Shown here: positions 1-13,199 of the stretch, piece after piece
Layout: every line of letters starts with the position of its first letter
Numbering within the stretch: position 1 is the first letter of the stretch
Assembly: GCF_964204645.1 (NCBI RefSeq)
Contig: NC_134035.1
Coordinates: 2,418,001-2,482,000, forward strand
Length of the DNA: 64,000 nucleotides
Origin: Tubulanus polymorphus
Lineage: Eukaryota; Animalia; Nemertea
Direction: 5' to 3'
Made by a program: the position numbers and the translations under genes
Notes under the pieces: model-generated
What the model saw: the letters and a program-made list of their open reading frames with translations, nothing else
Told to the model about the DNA's origin: nothing
The model's database searches: none

Positions 1-1825
1 AATTTGTATGCTTAAATCTAGTGTCGAGATATAGCTCTTGAACTAACAATAGAAGATTAGATAGCTGTCTTCCTTATACGGAAATAGTTTTCGAACTTAG
101 ATGTAATCGACACAGCAAACTAATCCAGTCCAGGAGGAATAGTAGTTCTGCCTTATTAGTATAGATGGCGTCTGCAGCTATCCTGAATTACTAGTTACTC
201 TATATTGACTTCGCTATTCTTCTGATGCTGTAAGTGTAGAATGTACAATTGGTAGCACTATGAATATATATATATATATATATAGTCCAATGAGTACTAT
301 ATCTTATACCTAGTCTAGTAGTTTCGCAAATTTAGAAACTTGTGTGTTTACCGCGATATATCGAAATTTTTTACGAGAATGTGAAAATGCAGTTGAAGTT
401 GCTCAAGTTGTCACAGTGCGTCGCATTGCTTTAGTCAATGACCTGAATCTGAAACATCTAGAAAAACAACAAAATAGCTACATAAAATCTTCCTCCCAAT
501 TTTTTTTCAAACTGCATCAAATTGAATTCAAATTGTATTTTACACTACATAATAAATCTATTGGACTACTATTTCCGTAGTGAATTTAACCGACTGCGAT
601 TGTCATTAATTAATCATCATCACATGTGAAACATGAACAATGTTTTAAACAGAATTAATCCCTATCCGTGTATTGAGTGAATTTTTTTGTCTTAATTATA
701 AACATCCGTTGTGTGGTTTTGTTTGTGGTTGCGGTGGTGTTATGTGCCGGGTGAAAATGGGATTGGTGTCTAACTTTGTCGTGCAGTTCGACGGCTAACC
801 TAATAAACAACTACTGGGCTCAAAAGTTGATCAAACCATAACACGTTGCTGTTGAAAAGGCTCTAATGGACGGCTGCGTGGAACAGCCAGCCCCTGGGTT
901 TTTATACCCCATACGCAAGCCCATTAAGCGTTCGCAATTCTTTGGGGGGGGAAAATTTTCCGATGATCGGTCGTAACGTCGGGTGATAAAATGCATGTTA
1001 TGGTGAATTAATTTATTTATGACTGCCGGTCTGTATGTGTGTAATCAAATCAGTTAAAATTATCGCTTACAGTTGGAAGCTCCTACCGCAGATGATAGCT
1101 GGCTGAGTGTAGAGTGGTGCCACTCCCACCATCATAGCTGAATGAGTGTAGTGTGGTGCCACTTTCACCATCGGCACATCGGAAAAAAATCAAATTCAGA
1201 ATTCAAGAATAACTTGTATCTGATCGATTTGTAGAATGAATATAACATGAATTCATTCATCCACTTGTTGAAGCTACAATACACTAGTAACGAATGCTCG
1301 TACTCCCAACGAACTTTAGTTAACCTATAAAGATTAAGATTGAAGATTAAGACAGGTTTCTATTGGTCTTCAGGAATCATCTTCATTTCGCTTTGACCAG
1401 AACATGTTCTTTCCGGAATAACGCAAAAGAGGAACGGCTCGTAGAGAATTTTTAATCCGGAACTCCCAAACTGGAATACGTAAAATCGAAATCTGCTGTA
1501 GGTTATTACACCATTACAAGAAGTGCTTGTAAACTCATATCTTTCCATCATCTCATCTCAGAAGAGAATATTCTCAACTTGAGACTGCGATGTTTAAAGG
1601 GTTAATTTCACGATGTGTCTGAATTGAGCAATCAGCGAACCATGCTTTGTGAAGTTGAAAATAGAGTTTTTATTCGACGTCTCGAACGGAATCTATTTCT
1701 CGCGTTCGACTGCAGCGAATGTCTCGTCGACTCGTGGCTGTAATATCCAATAAACAATGATCGTAGGTAGTTATTTAACGGTATGTACACCTGCGTCCTT
1801 ACAGTTCATACATCGTATATTCCTT

Positions 1826-2030
1826 ACTACTGTTTACCTCGACTACCGAAGTCACTCCCGGGCATTTTCTTAGAATGTCGTAGACGTAAGGTGGAGCTCC
1901 TCAGACAGGGGTGGATTTAGGGGGAGCTCGGGGCACGCACTCGTCACTACTGTTTACCTCGACTACAGAAGTCACTCACGGGCATTTTCTTAGAATGTCG
2001 TAGACATAAGGGGAGCTCCTGGATTTAGGG
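1826..2030 (+). repeat. Tandem duplication with about 120-bp spacing
   Basis: ACTACTGTTTACCTCGACTAC...TAGAATGTCGTAGAC at 1826 and 1946. Confidence 0.8.
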
Positions 2031-2799
2031 GCACGTGCTCTGGGGATATAGGGTCGAGCGTTTGAACAGTGTACTGTGGCCTCCCAGGGCTAGACTGGTA
2101 TACTCATTGCCACTCCACATCCAGGAACAATTGCGAACCGAACACATGAGTGCAGAGTATTGTGTCTCAGACTGATACACGGAGGTTACAGCTACAGATA
2201 ATTAGGAATACAGATAATTAGTATTGTCATGAGATAAGATCTAAAGATGAGCACTATCATTGGTTTGCGACACCAAGATTGAGTATTGTCTTTAAGCGAT
2301 CAATTGATTTCCTGTATCTTGTAGCCCTAAGATCGGGTGCCAAAAACCATCGGTTGGAAATCGCGGACAGCCTCGGTACTAATCTAATACGTGGACGATA
2401 TAATGCGTGCGATGTGATAGGTTTTGGCGCGTGGCCAAAGTATCGGTCGTTTGTTTCGTATATGTATCGAATATCTAGCTCCGTGTGAAGTACGGCTGTC
2501 AGGAGGGGTGTAACGTTAATGAATAAATAAAAAAATCATGGGTGTATTCAATTAGCGGCGCGGAATGTGCCATATGTTACAGCCGGGGTTATCATCTGTG
2601 TATTTGTGATTAGTTATATAAGCGAGACCTATGAATATGAGATGTATAAATATGCCGTGTATGAAATGTGAAGAGTGTTTACGCGATGTAAGTATCTGAC
2701 GTACCCTCCTCGGCGCATCAGGATACAACAAGCCTCTGTCTTAGTAGATCCGTTATCGCCTTCGTAGGCATTTAAATGCCCCCATATATGAGATCTACT

Positions 2800-3355
2800 G
2801 TAAGGATTTGAACTTTAGATTGCACAATGCCCTAGTACATAAGCCATTATGTTAGTAGAAATATTCTTCTCTTGGTAAGGATTCGGACCTTTAATAGCAC
2901 AATGCTATGGTATATAAACCATTGTCCTAGTAGACAGGCAATGCCCTGGTACCAAAGCCACTGTCCTAATAGACACATCCTTCCCTTTTGCACAATGCTG
3001 TGGTATATACTATTGTCCTAGTAGATACACAATGCCCTGGTACCAAAGCTACTGCCCTAATAGACACATCCTTCCCTTGGTTGGGATTTGAACAATGCTA
3101 TGGTATATAAAACACTGTTTTAGTAGACACGCAATGCTCTGGTGTAAAAGCCACTATCCTAGTAGACACATCCTTCCCTTGGTAAGGATATGAACCTTTA
3201 ATGGCATAATGCCTGGGTATACATACATAAGCCACTGTCCTAGAAGATGTTTTCTTCCCTCGGTAACCATTCAAATCCAATGGCACAAATAGATGATGTT
3301 TTGAATACACTTAAGCACTGTCAAGGTAGGCACACCCTTTCTTGGTAGGGATTCA
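2800..3355 (+). repeat. Degenerate minisatellite
   Basis: Recurrent CAATGCCCTGGTA...CCACTGTCCTAGTAGACACATCCTTCCCTTGG units. Confidence 0.7.
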
Positions 3356-3648
3356 GTATCGCTGGGTATAAACCCGTGTTATTGACTGACTGTGCAGTTG
3401 ATGGTCATGTTGTTGCTCTCAGTAGAAATATTGTGACTAATTGAAATATGATTAGGTTCTGATTAATTGATGATGATATGCGGCTGTGTGAAGGGTTTGT
3501 TATTGCGTGGTGTGGCAAAGTCTCCAGACGTCATCAGGTTCAAAACCCTGTATGGTATAATGACATAGTGTGAAGGAGTAGTATGAAATTGAAGTGTTGT
3601 TGTGATAATAAGACGTGATTGTCAACAACAACAAGAATAAATAGCATT

Positions 3649-3764
3649 TTCCCTTCTGACGTCTCCCCCTCTCCCTGGTCTCACACTTCCCTTCTGACGT
3701 CTCCCCCTCTCCCTGGTCTCACACTTCCCTTTTGACCTGTCCCCCTGTCTCCCTGCGCTCACAC
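3649..3764 (+). repeat. 38-bp pyrimidine-rich tandem repeat x3
   Basis: TTCCCTTCTGACGTCTCCCCCTCTCCCTGGTCTCACAC. Confidence 0.85.
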
Positions 3765-4954
3765 TGTTGTCACAAATCGTGATGGTTATTTCGCATTAAC
3801 CCTTTCATTCCTAAACCCTATTGTATGCGGCTCTGCAGAACAAATTGAACTCTTTAAACTGATATTGCGTTTGTTGACTGAACGTCGTTGATGGTGGATG
3901 AAGATGTTTTAATTGCTCCGCAAATATCTTGCTGCGGATAATTTGAAAGTTTTTCTATCTCTTCGAAAGTTATTTTTTTCGGTGCGCATTTTCCGATGAA
4001 AAGCAATTTTCCGCGCAGCGACAAAAATTAATCGTTGTTGTTCTACGCTGCATCAGTTGATGATGGCGTTCTGTAATCGAATGGGACCCCCTAGCTCAGA
4101 CTGGAAATTGAATCTATTGAATGTTGTTTGGTTATCGCTGGTTTTCACCATTCTGTCTTCGATCTCTGAACTTGCAGCAGGCTTTTCATCATCTTCATCC
4201 GGACTCGTTTCGGAATTTCTGTTGTTTTTTTTTTCTCGTTCCAGTACAATGGAAACCCTATCATCTAACTTAATAATGTTATCTCGGGGTAACGCAGGCC
4301 TTAACCCCCAGAGTTAGAATCAATCCCATCAAAAATTCATAAAGACTAGTCTGATACCATGCCGTACTTAGTGTACTGTTAGAATAGCCTCGGGATGCCT
4401 CAAAATATCCAATTGTAATTGTTATTTTGAAACGACAATATTGATGACATCATGCACATTCGTGCACAACCCCTTACATAATGCATATTAGGTAACAATG
4501 TATGTAAACCTTATTGTAAAATTTTTATGGCATCAAAAAAGCATCAATTTATTATATTATGAGGAAATCTGAATTAGGTCTGTTGTAATTCAGAAATCGA
4601 CATAATCAGATAATGACTTTGATTGACACGGAAGTTAGCTTCAGATTCGATGACGCTGAAGTATTATTATTAACGAGTGGAACAGACTATATACCCGGAC
4701 TGTACTGCACGACGGCCGTGTTTCACTCAGTTGCTAGCACTCTTCGCTGACTGCGATGATGGATATCAATATTTAGTACTTCGCGCTATAGTGGATATCA
4801 TACGTACATACACGTCTGCCGTGCCCCTGTTATATATACGCCTGCCGTGCGGACCCTGCCGTGCCCCTGTGATATTTACGCCTGCCGTGCCCTTGTGACA
4901 TGATCGCTATGGATAACTTGAATAATTCACCGAAGCCGAGTCCTAAACTCGCCA

Positions 4955-5150
4955 TGAAGGTAAGGCTACGCAATCTTCTGATATAATAAAGTGGGTTCGA
5001 GTCCAGCTGGCTGTTTACAGTGTGCGGGCAACACTTCAAAGGCCGTGATCCCGTCGTGAGGTTAAATGTATAATCCAATAGGGTTAGTTGTGAGAAACCA
5101 AGATCCAAGGGATGTAAAGGACTTATGAGACTTGTACAAGTCCATCAGAT
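4955..5150 (+). mobile_element. tRNA-derived SINE remnant
   Basis: A-box-like GGTAAGG and B-box GGTTCGAGTCC followed by a non-tRNA body; no complete cloverleaf. Confidence 0.45.
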
Positions 5151-5409
5151 TTTTTGAGGGCTTTATTTTTTCCATTTTGTCAAAGTTGATAAGTGCATTT
5201 CAGTGCAAGTGTTCATCAGTGACAAGTTCTTCAAAATTGGCCCCTCAGTACAGGAATACACCTTATATTGCCTTTTTGGACATCACAGCGCCTTTTTGGG
5301 ATGTAACAAGCCCTCTGAATCTGCCCCCATGAATGGCGCCTTCTTTTATGGAATGAGGGAAACACAAAATGGATTTTAATTATCAAAATGGATTTTAATG
5401 GATTTTAAT

Positions 5410-5595
5410 AAGAAAGAGAGGAGAGAGACAGAGAGAGAGGAAAGAGACAGAGAGAAAGAGAGGAGAGAGAGAGACAGAGAAAGAGAGGAGAGAGACAGAG
5501 AAAGAGGAGAGAGAGAGACAGAGAAAGCGAGAGAGGAAAGAGACAGAGAAAGAGAGGAGAGAGACAGAGAAAGAGAGGAGAGAGACATAGACAGA
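5410..5595 (+). repeat. Purine-rich (AG) compound satellite
   Basis: GAGAGACAGAGAAAGAGAG units. Confidence 0.9.
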
Positions 5596-6295
5596 CTGAT
5601 ATGAAAGTTTGAACTATGATATTACTAGACCGTTCATTATCCAATTAAGGCGTCTGTCAAGGCATGAAGCTGAAATCGATCTGATATAAGACGAACCCAC
5701 GCGACGTTTTCAGAGTTTACGTTCAACTGAAAGGTCTCTCAAAACTTTAAAAAAGAGTCCACGAGATCAGTTAATCTTGGATGCGCAAGATACGAAATCA
5801 AATACCGTATATGCGTGCATACATACAGCGCGCTGCATGTGGTATATCTTTATTAGGTTTTTTTTCTGTATATGGCTATATTAGGACAATGAGGATATAA
5901 AGCATACGCGCTATTACAGCTATGTTTTGGGTATAATTAATGTTGACATTAATGTAGTCGTTCTGTGAGAATGCAGTCCGTATATGTATAATGAATATAC
6001 TACACCTCGAGCTATAATAGATGATGAAACTGCTTCGAAGTCGACGACGACGTCAAATCTTCAATATTCTCAGGATATTCGACGAATACAGCTTTTACTT
6101 CTACCATTTAGATTTATGTATAGGATTAAAAGTGGTCGTAATTCTTCGGGGGGGAAAATAAACCGACATTACAGGGGTTCTTAGTCAGTCGCGATGATGC
6201 ATGGGATGGCGTCGTCGAAATAAAACGCGTTTTACGGCGAATTTATGGCTTCCGGCGCATTATGAGTAATTAAATCAGTTATAACACAGTGGTAA

Positions 6296-6397
6296 GACTA
6301 GTGGTATGTCTGATGACTAGTGGTAAGCCTGATGACTAGTGGTAAGCCTGATGACTAGTGGTAAGCCGGAAGACTAGTGGTAAGCCTGAGGACTGAT
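6296..6397 (+). repeat. 19-bp tandem repeat
   Basis: GACTAGTGGTAAGCCTGAT, about 5 copies. Confidence 0.85.
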
Positions 6398-8374
6398 GGC
6401 TTGCATTCTATGGAAGATATCCATTTGTTATTCGTTACTGTAAAAAAGCCGGGCATAGGTTGGTCTTGCATCGCGATAACCTGTTATGTAATCTTTGCCT
6501 AGCCCTTGCAACTGCCAGCAGTACTAGTCGCAACATGTTTTATCACATTAGACATACACCTTACACTACATATCAGTCATGTAATAGTAAACAAACATTT
6601 TTGGCTAAAAGATTTTTACCATTTTCTACTTTCTTCGAATCCACAATGATTTCATACCGGAAATGGAAGACTATTAGTTATGATAGAACCTTCGGTCGAT
6701 GGTTAACGGGATCAGATTTTCCGGGCGCACTTCAGTTTTATGGTTAGTATCGACGTTGTGGTTGGAACTGATAACCGAACGCACTACAGTTCGGTCGTAA
6801 CGTGTTTTAACAGTATCGGCCATCTTGGAACCATGTCCGAACTGTAGGTACCGTACTAAATCCGGTGGGTGACTATTTTCAGACTATGGTTCCGTCTAAC
6901 TGACACTAAATTTGCAAATAGTGATTTCATACTAGTTATATACGCTCTCTGCGGTTCCGTGTGAAATCTATCGCGACGAGCTTCCACTTCTTACGATAAA
7001 CGTGAGCGAATTTTTGTTTGTTTGTCGCGAACGCGGATGCCCCGTAATGACGGGTAATTCGGCCATTTGCACGAGGTGATTGCAGCGTTAGACATTTTTG
7101 CGAGCGACGGTGTTAGTGGATATTGCGTACGTGCTCTCCGCATCGCTCGTCCATCCGTCTGTCCGTCGCGGCTATCACCTCGCGCCGATCTTCTCGAACT
7201 ATTACGACTGCGGCTTCTTACGATTTATCTCTCTCGAAGACCTGCGCCGAATGAGATAATTCTTTCATTATCGCCGAGCGATGATTTCGGAGGAATCCGT
7301 AGACGACGCGCGGTGAAAAACTGACGAATTCCGTCCGGATCAGAAGACATCGAAGCCGTTTGAGTCGATGGTTTGTTTCGATAAGAATTTGAATTAATTC
7401 TCAATGACAGATGATACTCCTACATATATAATGACATCAGCGCTCACTCTGATTTGGTCCAATTTTGGCCCCTTTTAGAATGGTCTCTAACTAGTTGTTG
7501 TATGGAGGCGGCTCATTACGTATTACATTTGTTTACCGATAGTTTTATTGATATTTTTTAGATATGAAAACGTAATGCAGTTTCAAACGATTTCCTTTTT
7601 AATCTTGAAATAAGGATGATTTTCTGATCCATTATCCTTATATTTTTTTTTAGTGATTTCATTTGATTTTATGATGAAATGATTTGGCGCCCCTTACAAA
7701 CCCATCCCACAGGAGCAGAACAGAACGGGGGGTTTGATTTTGAAAAGTACGGATATAGTTCGGATGGTCGGTCGAGTTTATGTTATTTCAAAAATGCAGT
7801 ACATAATTAGAAATATTGCATCCTAACCCTCCAGCCATATTTCAACTCAACGCTGGAACGCTAATGATTTACCAGAAATCTACGTCCAATTTAATGATAT
7901 AAATAATTATATTGGGAAAAACTAGACATCTAAAATTTATAGGATTCTATTATTTAAAAAATCTCTGCCATCATGCATTCACAGGGGTATGAACCTATGG
8001 TTAGCTATGTACAGAAGGCAAAATTGCTGATCTAGCCGATAGTTTTAACGCCTACTTAGTCAGTCACATTTTTGCACCAGCAATCACTGATGAAAAGACA
8101 CGATACACTTTTGTTTGGCGTTGCCAAGTGATACCCGGTGAAACAAGTAAACAATAAGGTTTTTTATCACACGTTAGCGCTTTTAAACACTTCACTCTTG
8201 TATTTATGATTGAGAGTTTGGGGGATAATTAGTGGTGGACTCGGTGCAGAAAGATATTAAACTGAACTAGCCACACACAAGGCCCCCGTTTGGCATTATT
8301 TCATGTAGAAAATTATTTCTGTCGATAGGTCTGATTTAATGCTGACTGGAACTATACTTAAGGGCAGTTGTGTC

Positions 8375-8830
8375 TTTAAGACTTACATTTAAGACCAGTC
8401 TAAGCACATTTTGGATCTATAGCCAATCTAGTCTCAAGTTCATTTCAGTTCTAGTGCTAATCTAACAACTTAAGACCAGTTCAACACCATCTTAGTTCAA
8501 CAACCGATCGAACAACTTGAGACCAGTCTAAGCTCATTTTGGTTCTATATTCAAAGTCTAGGAAATTTGGTTCTATTACCAATCTAACAACGTCAGACCA
8601 GTCTAAGCTCTGGTTCTATGGCCAATATAACTGAAGCCCAGTCTAAGCTCTGGTTCTATGGCCAATATAACTGAAGCCCAGTCTAAGCTCTGGTTCTATG
8701 GCCAATATAACTGAAGCCCAGTCTAAGCTTTGGTTCTATGGCCAATATAACTGAAGCCCATGTCTAAACTCTCGTTCTATAGCCAATCTAACTGAAGCCT
8801 AGACTTGATCCTCGCTAGTCTCAAGTTGTA
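8375..8830 (+). repeat. 41-47-bp minisatellite (same family as 20360-20945, opposite strand)
   Basis: CCAGTCTAAGCTC..GGTTCTAT.GCCAAT.TAAC units. Confidence 0.85.
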
Positions 8831-11800
8831 GGTTACACAGCGTTAAATCTATGCGCCGTATTGTTATTTTCATTATGCATTTTTTATGGCGTCGCGTATG
8901 GAAAGTGAATTAATGTTCACCTCCTACTGTTCAGGCAGGCGTGACACGACCGATCTCTCATCTTCGTTAATGCGTACCGATGCTTCCCCCCCCCCCCCCC
9001 CCCCCGAGTGATGCTGTCATAATTGCGAATGTATTTACTCGCCTCTTTTGTCAATCCTTCAGAATATTGATGACAGTCAGTTTGGCGCGCGCCGCGCTGT
9101 CTGATGCCGTTCCGCGTCCCATAAGCCGGATAATGTCAACAACGCTCATATGCGTTAGGATGGCAAAAAAGACGAGAGGTCCTCCAATAATAATGGACCG
9201 TTTTAAAAAGCTACCAGTCTTGAATGCTTTTTTTTTAACGCAGGCTTTAAAATCAGAATTCGTGAGTAGATGAGGAGACTCCTGTAAGTACCATATGCTC
9301 TGTCCAGCCAAGTCTTACTGTAGCCCTCCGGAGTACAAAATTTGATCCCTACAATTCACCCCCCTCTACTGAACTGTTTTCAGAGGTATCACTTGACGGT
9401 CTGTTGCCCATGTTCAATCTGAACTAAAAGAGACTATTGCAGTAATATAGAGAAGAACTGTTTCTGCTCTCTTAAACCAAATTTCCCCTTAAAGAATGTC
9501 GCAAGCAGCGTTGTTACTTTTAGGATGCGTCTCTTGTTACGTTTACTCGCCATTGCAAAGTTACTTTTCGATTCCGTTTTTGTTTGCAGTCAAGACTACG
9601 TTATTATACTGACTGTAGAGCTGGAAAAATAACATAGAGAGATGAAACATGTTCATCGCATTCTTGAATGTGATATACATGAATAATGTTATCATTTCTA
9701 TTGCAACCTTCATTCATGCAGCACATATACTTAATATCCCTCATTCCCTCTCCCCACTCGCTCTCCTCTCCCTATTTTCACATCTGCCATTCTGTCGCCT
9801 ACCTCTCCCTCTCCCTCTTATCCACTGTTGCTTTCTTTTTCTGCCCTCTCCCTCTGTCTTGCTGCAGTATTCAACCACCTGGGAACATTGCCAGGACTTT
9901 CTCTGTTTTGTTAACCACACCGGAAACTCAGCTGGTGAAGCATCATCGCATTTCAATCTGCATCTAGAAAGTTACATAGTTTAGCGTGTAATAGAAATCT
10001 CATCATATCAGTGGCAGTGGTACAGGTGGAGTGGGGGGAGGGGGGTATGTGGATTGTGAACAGTTAGCCGCGCCTAAAGTGAGATGAGATATACTTCACT
10101 TCACTGAGATTTTTTGCCCAATATGGTCTGGAATTCCAAGGACCATTCCATATTTCAGCGATTATATTTTTGATGGCATATTTGACCGCCTGTAGGTCTC
10201 TAAAAGCCTCTAGTCTTTTCAAAGTTTCAAAATTGTCTGGTCCGGATCTCCGCATTGGCTTCATATCTGTTGTGTTTGATACCCAACCAGCTCAGTGATT
10301 ATAATCAATTGACACATTATGTAAACAGGAATTCCGATACATGTTGGATCCTCAGGGGGTCGGCAGTACTTTCATTGTCTCAAGAGGAACGACAATATCC
10401 TATATAATTAATCGCACCACACGAGGAAATAATGAAGAAATAATGATCTCCGATCTCATCAACGATTCACCTCGGAGTTGAGTATATAATAATACGAGGT
10501 GTAAGGTCAATAGACCACAATGTCGTCGTAGTCGTATTGATCTATCATCAGACCTGATACTCTCTGTGAATAGATGTAATTTACGCGGATCCCGGGATGC
10601 TGCTTCTTCGTATGGATTTTTGAAAGCATCGATAAACCGATAAAGATCCGTGCTCTGCTATCACTTCGTTCATCTAAGTTTTTTAGGCGTTTCAACTGAT
10701 TTTGAACGCAATCATGCATTTTGTATCTTAATGGTTTGTTGATAATGGTGGTGGTCTCTTGGTCTACACGGTCCAAAAAACATCCAGCTTTGACCCATAG
10801 ATCTATCGTAAGATTGGCTATAGGACCAAAATGAGCTTGGGCTGGTCTTGTAAATTAGCCACATCCCTGAATTCATTGCGCAATCTTTTTTTCAAAACCT
10901 GCAAAGATGAATTTTGATGATATTATGTTTTTGTACGGCTGTGCTTACAAATCATGACGTTCGATTCTTCAAGGATTTTTCGATAGAGTTTGTGAAATTG
11001 AACGCGCGACGCGATTTGTGAGAGAGACCTTACGGCAAATTTCAACCGGAATATGCGAGATACTGTAATCTAATTGCGTGGGCCACGGCGTGCATCAACT
11101 ATTTCTCATATGTCAGTCTTGAAGAAGAACGTAAATCAATCAATCGTCCGACTCTGCGTTCCGTATATCTTTCACCGCACGTTATTTTACTGATATAAGA
11201 ACTCTTCGAAATTCTAGTGTGTTTACAGCCGACTTGCAGATCGATTTCCAATCAATACTCATAGCGTTATTGATAAGCTCTGCGCCGATCTGACATCAAA
11301 TTTCATTTTCATTTTATGTCGGATTGATATGGATATTCCTCGTTAGTGTGAAAGCTCCTCGAGTGAAAGCTAGTGTGAGATTTATGGCCTGTCATTAACA
11401 GATTTGTGTAAATGCACTCAGTGGCCAAATGATATATAAGGCATTGGTCATTCATTAACTGGTCTCTCGTCAATCCAGGATTCATGTGTTTGAATCCTAG
11501 TGGTAGCAGTCAGTCAGTCAGTCAGTCAGTCAGTCTGGTCAATGGTTCATTTCTACCGCCTTAACCATGTTGATATACTTATCATATCCATCCCTCTCTT
11601 CTGGGTAATATCTCTCATGTTCCCGTGTAGGTTTACGGATATTGTTCAGTCATGGATTTCTTGGTTTCATCGGTGTGAGACGTACAAGTATTTGTAACTG
11701 ATAGTAACACGCTTCCTGCTGGTTCAAACTATTTCCTTGGTCCAATGAAATATAATCTTAAACATGTTAGCCACCTGTAGCCATGTAAATACCTGGAAAA

Positions 11801-11912
11801 TCTTGTAACTACTTATACCGGGTATTCAAATCATCGGGTCCCAGTTTAGCGATAAAGTTGAACGCCTAAATCATCGAAGTTAATCAAGGGTTAAACTTAA
11901 CGCGAAACACTA

Positions 11913-12022
11913 GGGCCGGTTTTACAGACTAGTGTTACCTTTAACCCGGGGGCTAACTCAATTCATTTTCAGTTAAGTCAGCCCCCTGGTTAAAGGTAAT
12001 ACCGGTCTATAAAACCGGGCCC
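11913..12022. mobile_element. Palindromic MITE (GGGCC...GGCCC termini)
   Basis: Near-perfect hairpin; further copies at about 30808-30919 and 32191-32275. Confidence 0.7.
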
Positions 12023-13010
12023 TGGAAATCATTGGTATTCAAGTATTCAGATATCATCTGCTACGTAGATCGCGGGACCCGATTATGTCGTCGTTTCTGG
12101 TGATAAATGCGGCTATTCGGAATTGCTATTCACGCCTCCACTCGGCCCCCCTGGCTGCGGCTTTCATTACCACATTTTCATTTCCGATGATAATACTCGA
12201 GGGATCCGGGGCCGAATGCGTTTGACAAGTCTTTTCGCATCATCTCGGTTACCTTTTGTTTCGACGATATTGTTGATATTTTCGTCGCGTACATCATACT
12301 CATTACGCCAGAACCGGTTGTCGACGACGATGACGGATATTATAGATGTACGTATCGTTCTCTGGGACTGCTGCAGTTTTCACATACACCTGATGAATGG
12401 GAATAATGAATGTCATTATTATTTGTTGGGCTGCAGACAACCAGTTGAAGCTAGAAACGACTTTTGAACAAACGACATGGCGTTCACTGACCTGGAAAAC
12501 TGAAGATTAGGAAAAGAAATCTAGAAAAAAAATCTGGGAAAACTTTTTACACATTTTACCGGAAAAAAAAACCTGGAAAAATGTAGGGGGAAAACTGAAG
12601 GTCAGGAAAAGAAATCTAGAAAAAATCGGATAATGGTATTAGACAAATACTATCAACCGAGGCAGACCAGCACCTTACATCCGTTCACACTGGGGCTGTA
12701 TGGGTCTGTGCCTGTTTGAAATGGGCTGAATTTGACCAAACAAAAACGTCGGGCCAGGCCTGTACCAAATTCTAACATGGGTCAAGCTTAGGTTATGGAA
12801 GTGACTCTCCTCACTTGCCAGACCATAATGAATTGCTGGACGAGATCAAAATTCAAGTTTGATGGTATATTGCTAGCTGTTTCTTGACATTTCATGTGTA
12901 ACTTAAGCATTTCTTTCAGCAAAATCGCGGGAAATTTGGTTCTTTGTTTTACTGCACTTAAGAAGTTTTTTTCACATTATAAAAATCGAATTGTTTCCTA
13001 TGTTTTACAG

Positions 13011-13199
13011 GTGCAGAAAAAGCATTATCGCCGCGAGAAGAAACGCGCCGCTAAAGAGCTGTTGTGCACGTTGAAAGACCCGTCGGTAATCGTGCTCGCC
13101 GATTGGCTGAAAGTGCGCGGCACGTTGAAAGGATGGACGAAGATGTGGTGCGTCCTGAAACCGGGTCTGCTCGTCTTGTACAAGAGTCATAAACAGAAG
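13011..13199 (+). CDS. OSBPL8: OSBPL8 exon (polybasic region + start of PH domain)
   Basis: ttacag|GTGCAG ... CAGAAG|gtatgt; [18 protein letters not shown]...LYKSHKQK. Confidence 0.93.

Noticed and set aside
1330-1600. Possible LINE 3' end on - with a (TCTTAA)n tail; similar weak RT-tail hints near 36400-36500 and 62430-62540
   Set aside because: Too degenerate to support without a profile search
5376-5644. ORFs encoding RE-rich or SL-rich peptides
   Set aside because: Translations of the AG satellite; no splice or homology support
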